A stretch of 64,000 nucleotides of DNA from the NCBI GenBank assembly GCA_964016885.1, contig OZ024743.1, positions 300,390,001-300,454,000 of the forward strand, read 5' to 3'. Positions 33,183-46,784 of this stretch are shown here, in pieces. The stretch is from Eledone cirrhosa (taxonomy: Eukaryota). The position numbers were made by a program, and so were the translations under genes. The notes below the pieces were generated by a model. It had not been told where the DNA came from and ran no database searches. It saw only the letters and a list, made by a program, of their open reading frames with translations. Numbering within the stretch: the first letter of the stretch is position 1; every line of letters begins with the position of its first letter.

Positions 33183-34534
33183 GGGGACTCACAAGGGACT
33201 TAACAATGTACGGAGTAGAGAATGTTAAATTAATAGCCACCGTTTTATCAGTTGAATTATGAAAACTTTATACCAGTGATAAAAATATAAATTATATATT
33301 TCCAGAGCTGGATGCCTGGTGGGAATAGATAATGTATGATATGAATGGTCTAAATTAAACGATCGTGCAAGACAGTTAACACAAACATTTTTATTTATAT
33401 AAATTCATATTTATAAAGTGAAATTAAATTGCAGAAAAATTGTCAAATATATGTCGTAAAATAAGTAGATGTATGAATTAATTATTAAAAATGAATGTGA
33501 GATGTATAAGTACGCTTACTTACAGATACATTTAAAACAATCCACAATAGCAATAAGTAAGGCATTGGGGTGTCAACGCTAAACAATTGGGAAATTGTAT
33601 TTGCCTGGTTGATTCGTTTGTTGGTTAGGGGGCGCATTTAGTTTGAACATTGACGTATTTATGTTATCCTTTTTATTGTCTATATAAAGAAACGAAGATT
33701 CAAATTCGTGACATACATCCCAATCATTAAACTCATAGCACGAATAGTAGGACAGATTAGCATTCTGATTTAGATTTTGAGCCCTGGAACATTGGTTAAG
33801 AAGATTGCAATTTCAATGTTAAAAATTAAATAAATTTCAGAAAGTGTATGCAAATTACGTACCCTTGATTACCGGTGTAAACATTTAAGTTTAAAAAATG
33901 AAAAATGTTAGTATGCTTTCACATACTATGCTATAAATGTTATACATTTGGATATTAAATTTATGTATTACAGTAGCAATTGAATAAAAGATAAACATTA
34001 GAAAAAAAATGTAGCATTTTCTAAAGTTGTTTTAAAGTATATGTTTCAGATAGGATGTGTGACATATATTTACATTTTTATTTTCATTTATATTAATACG
34101 TCATCGATATCCAGGCTTCTTCAGTACTATATATTATTCATTATTTGTAGCTATGTCATTATCATTTAATGATATATTCGTGTGATTATAGTATACATAT
34201 ATTGTATAGGTTATGCGCAGAAATAAGGCAATAAATTATTATGACAATTTTTCGTGTAAATACCTTGTAATTATAATATATAGTACTAACATTTCAGTAT
34301 TAAAAACAAAAACAAATTGAAAATAAAACTTTACTTGTTGAAATGGACTGATGGGTTCAATATTTGACTTGGCTCTTAAATAAGATGAACATATTTTTGT
34401 GTTATAAAATAAACAAAGAGTATGATTACCTGCAGGCGCCTCTGTCATCATCTGTACATCTCCAGCAAGACGTGAACCGACGCTTTTGAATAATATATTA
34501 ACTTCCGTCGTCCACCGATATACAAGTTCATATA

Positions 34535-34577
<43 letters not shown>

Positions 34578-34578
34578 G

Positions 34579-34609
<31 letters not shown>

Positions 34610-35122
34610 AGTTAAAAGAATATAAGTGTAACACACAAGTTATTATATATTGGTAAACGGAATAGAAAATGCTGGCAAATTGTTCACAGTTGAAAAATGG
34701 TTTAATTAGGAATAAAAGAGTATTAGTGATTGTATGGGTTAGTATTCAGTTGTGGTTTTAAGTTTTTAAGTTTTTACCGGTTGCGCATTTCTAAATGCTT
34801 TTCAAAAATAATTTTGAGATAGAGTGTCCGTGCTGATTGCTCTGATCTGATTAGTTTTGGGAATTCTACCTGTTTTTATGTTAAAAAAGTGGCTCCAGCG
34901 TTATTTTTGTGTTGCAAAAATGCTTGTGGTCAAAACAATTTTGATTGGTCGGTAGAGGTCATGTGAATGTAAAAAGTTGATTTTGCGCCAAGACTGTTTT
35001 TATGTTAAAAAAGTGGCTCCAGCAAAAATTCTTGGTCAAAACAATTTTGATTGGTCGGTAGAGGTCATGTGGATAAAAAATTGGTTTTGCGCCAAGATTG
35101 AGAAATGACTCTTTCACAACAA

Positions 35123-35163
<41 letters not shown>

Positions 35164-35244
35164 TGTTGGTGTGTGTAGTAGTAGTAAGGTGTTCGATGCT
35201 GCGGCAATGGCCAGCAGCGATGTGTGTCAAATGGCTATTAAGAT

Positions 35245-35366
<122 letters not shown>

Positions 35367-35863
35367 CAGAGTAATTCGATGGTCAGTAAGAATGTGTCTG
35401 AAAGCAATGGGGGGTATTTTAGCATGTCAAAAGATAATTTTCAGCTTTTGTCTTATACGGAGAAGTGTGTGTGTGTGTGTGTATAAGTCTCTTTGTATGT
35501 TGATGTACGCGTGTGTATGTGTGTGCGTGTGTGTGTGTGTGTGGGTGGACCAGTATTTTTTTCCCCCTGGTAAAATGGTGTACATTATTCGATTTTTTCA
35601 GTAAAATCGGTTCTCTTAATAGAACATCAAAAATCTTAACAATAAATGGTGTGAAATGATATTCACTATATATATATACACATACATATATTCACTACAT
35701 ATATATATATATATACATATATACATACATATATATGCACATATATTTTTTTGTATTGCACTATAGAGCATGTGTGTTTACGTGTGTCATTGTGTTTATA
35801 TGTGGGTAGAGATGTGTGCTGATGTAGGTATGTATGTTGACGTGTGTATGTTGTGGGTTCGTC

Positions 35864-38011
35864 TTAGGGAGAAGTGTTTAGACGGGGTTCGTATTTGTTA
35901 ATGAAGTAAAATTCCTTGCTGATGCGCTGGGTGTGGGTGGCATTATCTTTAAATTTGTAGAGGGGAAAGATTCTGAAGTTGGGATGATTTTGGGCGGCAC
36001 AGGTATCAATGTGTTCACTCAGTGGTATTTTCCTGTATTCCCGTATTTTAATTTGGGATCTATGTATAGTCATGCGTTGGCGGAGGCTGTTTTTGGTCTG
36101 GCCTACGTATTGTTCTCGACAACCTGAACAAGCTAATACATATATTAGATTTTCCGATGCACATGTGAAATTGTGTTTTACTATAAAACGTTGTCCATCT
36201 TTGAAATAGAATTCCGAACCCTCTATTAGGTTGATGCAAATGCCACAGTTGGGTCTATCGCATTTTTTTACTGTGGGTTTCGTTGTTGTGGTTGGCAGTA
36301 CTTTGGCATGTGTTAAAATGTTTTTCATTGACTTGGATTGTCTTTTGCTCTTTATGATATCGTGTGTTCGTAGAATTTGGTTCATTCTATTGTCCTTTTT
36401 CAATACAGGGATGTTCTGGAGGATGGTGTCAAAGGCCTCATTGTTGAGGGGGTTGTGTGTGGAGATGTATGGAAGAGCTTTTAGTTTTGGTTGATTTACT
36501 TTAGGGTGTCTAAGGTCCTGAGAACTGAGTTTTAGGGCACGTTGGATTCCATTGTCAATTAGTGATGCAGGGTAGTCCCTGCCTATGAGTGTGTCCTTTA
36601 GTTCTTGTAGCCGTAAGTAGCAGATGTTTTTATTGGAGACTATAGTACAGATTATCTTGGCTAAGTTGTAGGGAATATTAATTTTAACGTGTCTAGGGTG
36701 GCAAGAGTTGAAGGGGAGATATTGCTTGGAGTCTGTGGGCTTGTAGTATATGTCTGCTTCTATTTTTTTGTTATGCATCTTAATGAGGATGTCGAGGAAG
36801 GGGAGTTGTTGATGGCTGTATTCCATCGTGAAGTTAATATTTGTGTTGAGCCCATTTATAAGGGTGTGAAATTCTTTAAGTTTTTCGATGTTTTCGTGCC
36901 AAAGGATGAAGCAGTCATCTAGATATCGCTTCCAGTTCCTTTCAATGTGTAAGTGGAGGGTGTTTACAAATTTGTTTAGGACGTTAGTGTAGAGGGTGAT
37001 TTCCAGGTATCCCATGACTAGGTTGGCATAAGTAGGGGCTGTTTTCGTTCCCATAGCGATCCCAGATTTCTGCCTGTAGGGTTTGTTATTGAAAACGAAG
37101 TAATTGTTCTCCACGACAAATTTGAGTCCCTCTATCACGAATTCTTTTTTGATGCGTTGTGGGAGTTCATTGTGGAAATTATCCAGCCAGAATTGGATAG
37201 CTTCTATTCCTAGGTTGTGGGGGATGTTGGAGTATAGGTTGACTACATCGAACGTCACTAGTAGGGTTTGTTCAGAAAGTGGCATATTAGGGAGGTGATT
37301 GAGCATATCTAGGTCGTCCCTTATATAGCTTTTGATGTGCTTGAGGAAGGGTTTGAGAAGGGTATCAATGAAGTTGCTAAGACGGTGCGTTTCGCAAGCG
37401 GGGCCTGCTATTATAGGTCTTAATTTGAGATCATTGGGTGAGGGGACATTGATGACTATGTCTGTGGCTTCCTTGCATGCCTTACTGATTGATTCGCTTT
37501 TATGTACATTAGGGATACCGTAGAAAAGGCTGGATTTACTTGTGAAGTCTGTCATGAAGCTGAATTCCTTGTTAGTGAGTCCTTCTTTGTATTGGTTGAT
37601 TAGAGTTTTTAGGTTTCTCATAATTTTCTGTTGATTGTAGTGTTCAGCCTTTTCGTAGTATGTTTCGTTTTCCAAAGTGGAGAGCGCTAAGTTGATATAG
37701 AATTCTGTCTCCATTAGGACTACTGTACTCCCTTTATCAGCCTCTTTGATTGTAATGGTTCTGTCGGTTTTTAATCTATTTAATTCTTCCCATTCTTTCT
37801 TGTTGAGGTTTGGCTTGTGTTTTTGTCTGTGCAAGTGTTGGTAAGGGAAGTTTGTGATGTGTTCACAGAATTCGTCCAGGATTTTATTTCTACCTTTTGA
37901 AGGGGTGTAATTGCTTCTATTTCTGGCTAATGATTCATCCTCATTGTACTGGTCGAATAGTTGTTCACTAAGTCGTAACTTTCTACAGAAGTCTGTGATG
38001 TCTTCCTTCAT
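35864..38011 (-). CDS. Penelope-like reverse transcriptase + C-terminal GIY-YIG endonuclease (715-aa open segment)
   Basis: EADKG, LRPII, TFDVVNLYSNIP, GIAMGTKTAPTYANLVM, WKRYLDDCF, LPFLD, SCHP, CDRPNCGIC and NLIYVLACSGCREQYVGQT...R...E...LN. The upstream N-terminal part (38012-39511) is broken by frameshifts and a stop. Confidence 0.95.
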   Translation of the reverse strand: MKEDITDFCRKLRLSEQLFDQYNEDESLARNRSNYTPSKGRNKILDEFCEHITNFPYQHLHRQKHKPNLNKKEWEELNRLKTDRTITIKEADKGSTVVLMETEFYINLALSTLENETYYEKAEHYNQQKIMRNLKTLINQYKEGLTNKEFSFMTDFTSKSSLFYGIPNVHKSESISKACKEATDIVINVPSPNDLKLRPIIAGPACETHRLSNFIDTLLKPFLKHIKSYIRDDLDMLNHLPNMPLSEQTLLVTFDVVNLYSNIPHNLGIEAIQFWLDNFHNELPQRIKKEFVIEGLKFVVENNYFVFNNKPYRQKSGIAMGTKTAPTYANLVMGYLEITLYTNVLNKFVNTLHLHIERNWKRYLDDCFILWHENIEKLKEFHTLINGLNTNINFTMEYSHQQLPFLDILIKMHNKKIEADIYYKPTDSKQYLPFNSCHPRHVKINIPYNLAKIICTIVSNKNICYLRLQELKDTLIGRDYPASLIDNGIQRALKLSSQDLRHPKVNQPKLKALPYISTHNPLNNEAFDTILQNIPVLKKDNRMNQILRTHDIIKSKRQSKSMKNILTHAKVLPTTTTKPTVKKCDRPNCGICINLIEGSEFYFKDGQRFIVKHNFTCASENLIYVLACSGCREQYVGQTKNSLRQRMTIHRSQIKIREYRKIPLSEHIDTCAAQNHPNFRIFPLYKFKDNATHTQRISKEFYFINKYEPRLNTSP

Positions 38012-39511
38012 TTCATAGTAGTTAGGACGTAGTGGGGTCGGTGTGAATTTAAGACCTTTGGAGAGTAGTTGATAAGGTTGGGTGTTGGTTCTGCACTAGT
38101 AAGATTGATAATTTTTATTACTATCGGTTTCTCCTCCCTGTCTTGTGTTATTTTGTTTGCCTGTATCTGTGTGCTGTGTCTAAAAAATGGTTGGGGTAGA
38201 GGGGTTGTCTGCTGATGTTAAGTGGTCTCCTGTGTTTGCTATATTCCTTGTTGTTGTAAAATGTGGTTCGGGTTGGTGGTTGTAGATTGAATGGGGTGTT
38301 CCTGTACTGAGAGTATGGGTGTGTGTTTCTATGTGCCATGTTGTATTGTGGTGTTATAAGTGGCCTACGTTGTTCGTTGTATCGTGTGGTGTGGGTTTGT
38401 TGTGTATTGTGGAAGTGAGAGTTGAGAAAATGGTAATTACCTTGCTGTCCCCTTGAAGCGGGGAAGTTGTTGTATCTATCATGGCGGTGGTATCTTTTCC
38501 CTATGTTAGACGATGAGGAATCCGCGTAGTAGTTGAGTGATTTGGTATGGTGTCTCCTTGAAGGGGGAAAGTTGTAAATGTCATTCTGGGGGAGATGATT
38601 TCTTGGGTTTTTGTTCCTTCTTATGGTAGCGAGGTTGGGAAGTTCATCTTCGGTGTGGTGCTTCCTTCTTCGTTTGTTTGAGGCTTGGGGGTTTGAGAAG
38701 TTGTTGTGCGGTTCAGTTATGGGTTTTCCTATTTTTATGAACGGGTTATTGGAGGTGTAATCCGTTTGAAAAGTCGATTCATAGTGTAGGAACCAAGCGG
38801 CACTTTTTTCCCAGCGTTGAAAGGATTTCAGTTCTTCTCTGTTGCAGTCCCCTTTTCATAATTTGGAGATCTTCTCTACCTTGGGGCCTTCAGTTTTGTT
38901 GTTGATTTCCAGGAGGATCTCTTCATCGATGGTTTTGATTTTTTCCTCATTTGTCTGGGCCCTCAGTTTAAGAAGTTCAATTTCTGTCTTCATTTTTTCC
39001 AATGCCATTCTTTCCCTAAGTTGTCTTTGAGGTTCGGGTTCATTTGGAATGGACTTTATTTGTAGTTTACGGGGAGAGTTAGAGGGGTTGAGTTAAGCCA
39101 TTTTTCATATATCTCTGCTTTGTTGTGATTTTGTATCATCTTCCAGAATGAGAACTTTCTGTCTCTGAGGGATTTGTTCCATTTTGGAATTGTTCGAATT
39201 TTCATTTTGTGTGAATCAATCTCACATGGTTCTTCGTTGGTTTTTCCTGGGTTGGTAGTAGTGAACATAGTTTGGATAGTATCGCAAAGGTTTTGGAGTT
39301 TGTCGCCGATTTCGGAGGGTTTGTATCCGGTGGCGGTTTCCTTATTTGTGGAGTCAAGTTTGTCGACCAGCAAAGATAGGTTGGTGTTGATTTTCTTGAG
39401 TTCCTGTAGGATCTCTTCATTTGAGTTGATGAGGGTTGTATCCGTTTTTGTTGGCATTTTCTGTATCTCGTGTGAGGATATGATAGTTAAAAGAATAGAG
39501 GTGTTACACAC
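38012..39511 (-). pseudogene. N-terminal region of the PLE ORF, disrupted
   Basis: The 151-aa ORF 39056-39511 continues in a shifted frame (LQIKSIPNEPEPQRQLRERMALEKMKTEIELL...) with a TGA near 38858. IINLTS and LLSKGLKFTPTP lie just upstream of the RT. Confidence 0.7.
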
Positions 39512-39625
39512 AAGTTATTATATATTGGTAAACGGAATAGAAAATGCTGGCAAATTGTTCACAGTTGAGAAATGGTTTAATTAGGAATAAAAGAGTATTA
39601 GTGATTGTATGGGTTAGTATTCAGT

Positions 39626-40120
39626 ATCATAAAGAGCAAAAGACAATCCAAGTCAATGAAAAACATTTTAACACATGCCAAAGTACTGCCAACCACAACA
39701 ACGAAACCCACAGTAAAAAAATGCGATAGACCCAACTGTGGCATTTGCATCAACCTAATAGAGGGTTCGGAATTCTATTTCAAAGATGGACAACGTTTTA
39801 TAGCAAAACACAATTTCACATGTGCATCGGAAAATCTAATATATGTATTAGCTTGTTCAGGTTGTCGAGAACAATACGTAGGCCAGACCAAAAACAGCCT
39901 CCGCCAACGCATGACTGTCCATAGATCCCAAATTAAAATACGGGAATACAGGAAAATACCACTGAGTGAACACATTGATACCTGTGCCGCCCAAAATCAT
40001 CCCAACTTCAGAATCTTTCCCCTCTACAAATTTAAAGATAATGCCACCCACACCCAGCGCATCAGCAAGGAATTTTACTTCATTAACAAATACGGACCCC
40101 GTCTAAACACTTCTCCCTAA
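39626..40120 (+). pseudogene. Inverted duplicate of the GIY-YIG domain
   Basis: Almost identical to the C-terminus of the 715-aa ORF (only a few substitutions, e.g. IVKHN/IAKHN, YEPR/YGPR); no own start. Confidence 0.9.
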
Positions 40121-40620
40121 GACGAACCCACAACATACACACGTCAACATACATACCTACATCAGCACACATCTCTACCCACATATAAACACAATGACAC
40201 ACGTAAACACACATGCTCTATGGTGCAATACAAAAAAATATATGTGCATATATATGTATGTATATATGTATATATACATATAAATGTAGTGAATATATGT
40301 ATGTGTATATATATATAGTGAATATCATTTCACACCTTTTATTGTTAAGATTTTTGATGTTCTATTAAGAGAACCGATTTTACTGAAAAGATCGAATAAT
40401 GTACACCATTTTACCAGGGGGAAAAAAATACTGGTCCACCCACACACACACACACACACACATACACACGCGTACATCAACATACAAAGAGACTTATACA
40501 CACACACACACACACACGCACTTCTCCGTATAAGACAAAAGCTGAAAAATATCTTTTGACATGCTAAAATACCCCCCATTGCTTTCAGACACATTCTTAC
40601 TGACCATCGAATTACTCTGC

Positions 40621-40713
<93 letters not shown>

Positions 40714-41574
40714 ATCTTAATAGCCATTTGACACACATCGCTGCTGGCCATTGTCGCAGCATCGAACACCTTACTACTACTACTACACACACCAACACAC
40801 ACACACACATATATACACACACACACGCACACACACACACACACACACATGCACACACACACACATATTTGTTGTGAAAGAGTCATTTCTCAATCTTGGC
40901 GCAAAACCAATTTTTTATCCACATGACCTCTACCGACCAATCAAAATTGTTTTGACCAAGAATTTTTGCTGGAGCCACTTTTTTAACATAAAAACAGTCT
41001 TGGCGCAAAATCAACTTTTTACATTCACATGACCTCTACCGACCAATCAAAATTGTTTTGACCACAAGCATTTTTGCAACACAAAAATAACGCTGGAGCC
41101 ACTTTTTTAACATAAAAACAGGTAGAATTCCCAAAACTAATCAGATCAGAGCAAACAGCACGGACACTCTATCTCAAAATTATTTTTGAAAAGCATTTAG
41201 AAATGCGCAACCGGTAAAAACTTAAAAACTTAAAACCACAACTGAATACTAACCCATACAATCACTAATACTCTTTTATTCCTAATTAAACAATTTTTCA
41301 ACTGTGAACAATTTGCCAGCATTTTCTATTCCGTTTACCAATATATATATATGCATAATAAGAATAATATGTGAGCTAAAGAGAAATAAATTAAATAGTA
41401 ATGTTCTTACAGTTTGAAATGTTGCGAGTTGGTAATAGTAACAACACTGGTGTTACTATCATTGTAATTGCTATTATATATCACAGCATTTCCAACTTTA
41501 AGATTATTTTCTTTATCTCACATATTCTTGTTATTCTTAATACCATGCCAGACAGATTATTATAATATATAATA

Positions 41575-41758
41575 TACTTGTTTCTACTTTCGGCACGAGG
41601 CCAGCAAAAAACCAGTACATTACTGGTCCTTTATTTTATCGATCTCGTAAGGATGAAAGACAAAGTTAACGTTGGCGGGATTTGAACTCTGATCGTAAAG
41701 GGACATAACTATGCTGGAAAGCATGTTCAATCCTCTACCAATTCTGCCAATCCACCGA
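41575..41758 (-). mobile_element. tRNA-derived SINE
   Basis: Minus strand: cggtggatTGGCAGAATTGGtag ... GAGTTCAAATCcc ... ctttcatccttacgagatcgataaaataaag. Confidence 0.8.
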
Positions 41759-42369
41759 TATGACATACGGACGCATTTCATCTACGCTGCAATCATAGTA
41801 TCCTTGTTTTTAGTTATCGTACTAACTCACTTATATATATATTTATTATTTTTATTGCTATTTTACTCGTCTGAATTTAAAAACCCCAAACATCCTTAGT
41901 TTTTCCCTATACTCCACCTCCACGTGGACACTACACTTTCTTTTCCTTTCTTTTTATTCATATTTTTATGTATTTTTAAGACTTATTTTGACTTTTATTC
42001 ATATTTTTATTTTTACTTTTATTTTAATTTTTCCCATTTTTAAATTTTGTTTCTTTGTACTGCCTATACGACCACTACAAACACCCTTCCTTCTTTTCCT
42101 CCATCGTTCCCTTTTATCTCCTGTCCTCTATCGTTTCTAATTACCTCTGCAATCTCTACAGTACACTCACATCACCATATAAACGTCAAAGCGTCTAGGA
42201 ACAAGCCAAAACACAGCCTCATCAACACCTCAACCAAGCGATGTACATCAGCAACTTTCCTTCACGCACACAGCCAACGGTTGCTTATAATTCATCCCTC
42301 AATCCTGTTACATACCCAAACGTTCCTTCTCACAAACCCACCAGACAGATTATTATAATATATAATATA

Positions 42370-42550
42370 CTTGTTTCTACTTTCGGCACGAGGCCAGCAA
42401 AGAACCAGTACATTACTGGTACTTTATTTTATCGATCTCGTAAGGATGAAAGGCAAAGTTAACGTTGGCGGGATTTGAACTATGATCGTAAAGGGACATA
42501 AATATGCTGGAAAGCATGTTCAATCCTCTACCAATTCTGCCAATCCACCG
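42370..42550 (-). mobile_element. tRNA-derived SINE (near-identical local duplicate of 41575-41758)
   Basis: Same sequence, including the flank ccagacagattattataatatataatatacttg. Confidence 0.8.
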
Positions 42551-42871
42551 ATATAACATACCGATCAAAATGAAATAGAACTGACCACAATAAATGAATG
42601 AGAATCGTGATATCCTTTTTAAAAATTGTAACATAATCATTCTGTCATTACCATAACTGAATTCCGATGAGTTTTCATTTTCGAGAGTCGAGCCAGATCG
42701 ATGTATATCGAGACTTGATCTGATCAATTGCGAAATGCGCGTCACACCTCAATAAACGTAAAGAGCTAGTCATTCCGTATGGTCAACCTCGATGTAATAT
42801 TATGGAGAGCACTCAACGTAATGCAACTCACCCGTCTTCGTTAGTGTAGTTGGTGGTGCGAGTACGGAGTT

Positions 42872-43363
42872 AAATAATATAAAATAACAGGGGGCTGGAC
42901 TGGTCTAAACCTTTGAAAGGTTTATTATACTATGATCATTTCAACCCGGTGACATCATCAGGTATTCAAAATATAACAAAGCAATATAACATATAAAATC
43001 CATGGAGCTGAAAATCAGAGACAAGAGGTTGACCGATTATTTAGCAGCTTCTACCTCAGTCGGCCTCACTCAAGTGTTGATTATTAAGTCTACTTATGAC
43101 CATCTGTTGAGGAGCGCAAGCTTATAAGTAGACTTAATAACACTTGAGGGCGGCCGACTGAGGTAGAAGCTGCTAAATAGTCGGCCGTCCTCTTGTCTCT
43201 GATTTTCAGCCCCATGGATTTTATCTGATATATTCATCTGTTATATTTTGAATACCTGATAATGTCACCGGATTCATACTGAACCCGGTCATTGAAATGA
43301 TCATAGTATAATAAAGCTTTTAAGGATTTACATCAGTCCAGCCTCCTGTTATTTTATATTATT
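42872..43363. repeat. Foldback pair of PLE-type pLTR fragments, each arm carrying a hammerhead (family E)
   Basis: Arms 42872-43098 and 43122-43363. Minus 42927-42965: atac CTGATGA tgtcaccgggtt GAAA tgatca TA gtat. Plus 43252-43309: atac CTGATAA tgtcaccgg attca tac tgaac ccggtcatt GAAA tgatca TA gtat. Confidence 0.8.
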
Positions 43364-43397
<34 letters not shown>

Positions 43398-44246
43398 GGA
43401 TAACAAGTGATCGTTTAAGGAATCCAGCTAGGATTTTATTTCTTTAATTCATGAACTCAATCCACTATATTAGAATGGCCTCAATACACCAGTCTACAAA
43501 AGACAACATTTCGTCTATCATACATCGTCTTTCCAAAAATCCTTTTCCTGTTATTATCACTACTGTCATTACTATCTTACACATCTATCTATTCACCATT
43601 ATAACTGCGACTACTACACCACTACTACTATTATCAGTAACTCTATTTTTATTATTATTATTGTTATTGTGTTCATTTATGTTATTCTCCGATGCATCTG
43701 TAAATGCCAGTGCCCTGTGTTATACACACATCATTATCATGATGATTTGATCAGGCAAACACTATAGGTCGAGTTTCATACTTTCTAACGATCAGCGACT
43801 TTTATATTCACCTGTTTAATGGAACAATTGTTAATACTGTAAATAAACCCTTTTTATACAGACGGCCATGTTATTCTTAATTCCTTTACTATATATATAT
43901 GTTAATCTTCATTCCTTTACTATATATATATGATGTATTATATTCGTTTTTTTCCCGTTCTTTGCCAGAGAACGTTTCCACGAACCAAAGTATCGTTTTG
44001 CTGTCTTCCTCCGGTTGCAACGTTTTTTGAAATATTCACTTCCACGTTCACAGATCGACTTTTTTAGTTTCAGAAGATCCCGTTAATGGTGAAAGCAGCG
44101 ATTCTTTACTTAAACTTTAATCTGTTATTTTGATAAATATATATATATATATATGAAGTATTTCCGTAGAAAAGGTAAAGGAAAAGAGGGCTCTATCTAG
44201 GCTACATAGCTTTTTAGTTATGTAATAAACAGTATAAGATATTTAA

Positions 44247-44309
44247 TTCATTTACCAACGGTTTCTTGAAGAGCTTGACAATTATCTCTGTCTTCATTCG
44301 TCAGAAGAA
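44247..44309 (-). ncRNA. Type I hammerhead (family C-like)
   Basis: ttctt CTGACGA a tgaaga cagagataattgtcaagc tcttca a GAAA cc gtt gg TA aatgaa; same stem III and 3' context as the 1239-1299 ribozyme. Confidence 0.7.
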
Positions 44310-44673
44310 GTTTATTATGGAATGGGATATGGATTTGAAAACAGAGTTTAGGATAAATGAAAGTGAGGCTTAAATAAAATAACGGGCATAAATTGAGGGG
44401 AAACATATATAAATATCCAAATACATAAACACCCACAAACTTACGCATATACGTAATAGTACGTAAACTTATACATTCTCACATAAGTATATATGCGTCT
44501 ACATGGAAATACAAATACACACATATACATGCGATCTTTTACTCACATATGCGCACACACAGACACACAATCACACACGTACTCGATATTAACGTACGCA
44601 AATCTCTCCGTACAAACACATATAAATATATATATATATACACATACACACGCATATATATATATATATATAC

Positions 44674-44732
<59 letters not shown>

Positions 44733-45099
44733 TTTATATATCCACACAAACACATACAAAACATACAGACATACACACATCTGCCTATACACGCCCGTAT
44801 ACACAGACATACATATGCTCATACAAACGCGCACGCTTACACTTAAGTGTGCACATAGACGTAATCGTGAAGATATAGATAGACATAGACATACAAACAT
44901 GCATGCGGATACATAACCGCACACATACGTATAGGCATGAAACCACATACGTGCATATACAAAACACTGCACACACACACATGCATAAAATCTAACTAGG
45001 AAAGTAGCGAGGGGAACAGATATGGAAATAAATAAAATAAAAAATAAAAATATATATAAAAGACATTAAGGGACGGGTTGACAACGGAAGGGGGGAAAA

Positions 45100-46710
45100 T
45101 AATATATATATATATATATGCAGAGGTTATATTTAATTTGTTGGGTTTCAACAAGCTTAATAATTTGTATAACTGATATAAAGCACTCAACAATTAGTGG
45201 AGTAAATATACAATATATTAACAAATGGAAACTATAGTTATAAAACCATATTTATTTTATTATTCATATGTCGAGGACCACCAAGGCAAATTATGGTGCG
45301 CTTTCATCAGATAAAATACAATACAGATTTGTTTTATAAATATATATTGACATACCCTGAAAAAAAGACAACCTTAGCGGTTGGAGCTTCCTAGATAGAG
45401 GAGATATTACATTTATTGAGGGTGATAGAAAATTATGATTGAGTATGCAAATGAGTGTCCGAAAGGTTGAAAAGATAACGGTTTATTTAAATTAAACTGT
45501 TGGAAGAAGGTGATATGTGAGGGAGAGAAAAAAAAGAAGAAATAAAAAAAGAAGAAGGAATGAGAAAGATAGGAGAGGAAGAGAAAGAACGATTATATAT
45601 ATTTTGACAGTGAAAATAGCGTAAGTATATTTAAGCGAGAGAAGAGATTAGTTTCAAAGGATAAATACAGTGTAAGTATATTTACGTGGGAGGAGAACTG
45701 AAGAAAAGTAGAAATGAGAATAGCGTGGAAGAATAATATTTATAATGCAGGATTCATTATAATATTTATAATGATAGGTTGAAAAATTAGATTAAAGATT
45801 TAATTTTATAATTTAATAATTAGTTTAAATGTGTATGTTAAGGATTATAAATTATTTAAATAAATATATATTATTTTACATTAGAGCAAATCTAGTATAG
45901 TTTATGTTATTAAAAGTTGTAAGTCAAACATTTTAAACATCCAAATAATTCTAAATTTATGGAAGATTTTCGAAAGTTTACAAAAGAATAACCACTTAGT
46001 TATATTATAAAAACAGTAAGCAAGCGTAAATGAAGTTATAAGTGATTGTTTAAGAACTCAGGTGACTCTAAGGATTAAATGCTATAAAGTTAAGAAATCT
46101 TAAGAATATAATTAAAACTTATGTTATTTTATACGAAGTCATAAATTTACTTGCTCTAAAGTTAAAACATTTAAAAAAAATTATCTTAAGAATATATTTA
46201 AAGCATAAACCATAGGATACTCGCATATATATATATATATATAAAATCATATGTTTTTCCACATATATATAAACTTTTGGATATATATATATTAAAAACG
46301 TTTGAAAATATAAGAATATAAAAATATAACAATGTATAAAATATTGGAAGGAATTTTCAAAAGATTTTCATAAACCCTTCCGTAAGTTTTTCAATAAAAA
46401 ATGTTCCTTAAAGGAGTTTCAAGCAGTCATATAAAGGAATTGTATAATCTATCGATATGTGTAATAATATATATGTGAAGTAGAGATAATAGGAAGTACA
46501 TTAAGTATATGAATCATGTAAAAGAGATAAATCGTATATATATATTTTTTTGTTCACGGTATGTCAATATTTATTTATAAAACATATCTGTATTGCATTT
46601 TATTTGATGAAAGCGCAACATAATGTGCCTCGCTGGCCCTTGAAATATTTATAATAAAATAAATATGGTTTTATAAATATAGTTTCCATTTGTTAATATA
46701 TTGTATATAT
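45100..46710 (-). mobile_element. Hydra-like PLE 3' UTR/pLTR remnant with a short inverted copy; two decayed hammerheads
   Basis: Collinear with 3300-4550/6544-6780. Minus 45249-45323 has CTGATGA aagcgcacca...tggtggtcctc GACA (core mutated). Plus 46591-46666 has TTGATGA aagcgc...ggccctt GAAA tattta TA ataaaataaata. Confidence 0.75.
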
Positions 46711-46744
46711 ATATAAGTGGTTACACAACGGCTAGTTCACCATA

Positions 46745-46784
46745 CCGAGAACAATGGTTTCACCTTCGCGGATCTTGAGCTCGG
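46745..46784 (-). ncRNA. Decayed minimal hammerhead (family F)
   Basis: ccgag CTCAAGA t cc gcgaa gg t GAAA c catt g TT ctcgg; perfect 5-bp stem I but core G5->C. Confidence 0.45.

Noticed and set aside
33250-34230. Old PLE 3' remnant with CUGAAGA at ~34120(-)
   Set aside because: Too degenerate: no stem II closure and no readable ORF.
38850-38870. In-frame TGA in the N-terminal region of the Naiad-like PLE as possible selenocysteine (reported for some Naiads)
   Set aside because: The context (SKL*KGDC) fits a TGG->TGA mutation, the region also has frameshifts, the RT/EN cysteines are ordinary codons, and I saw no SECIS.
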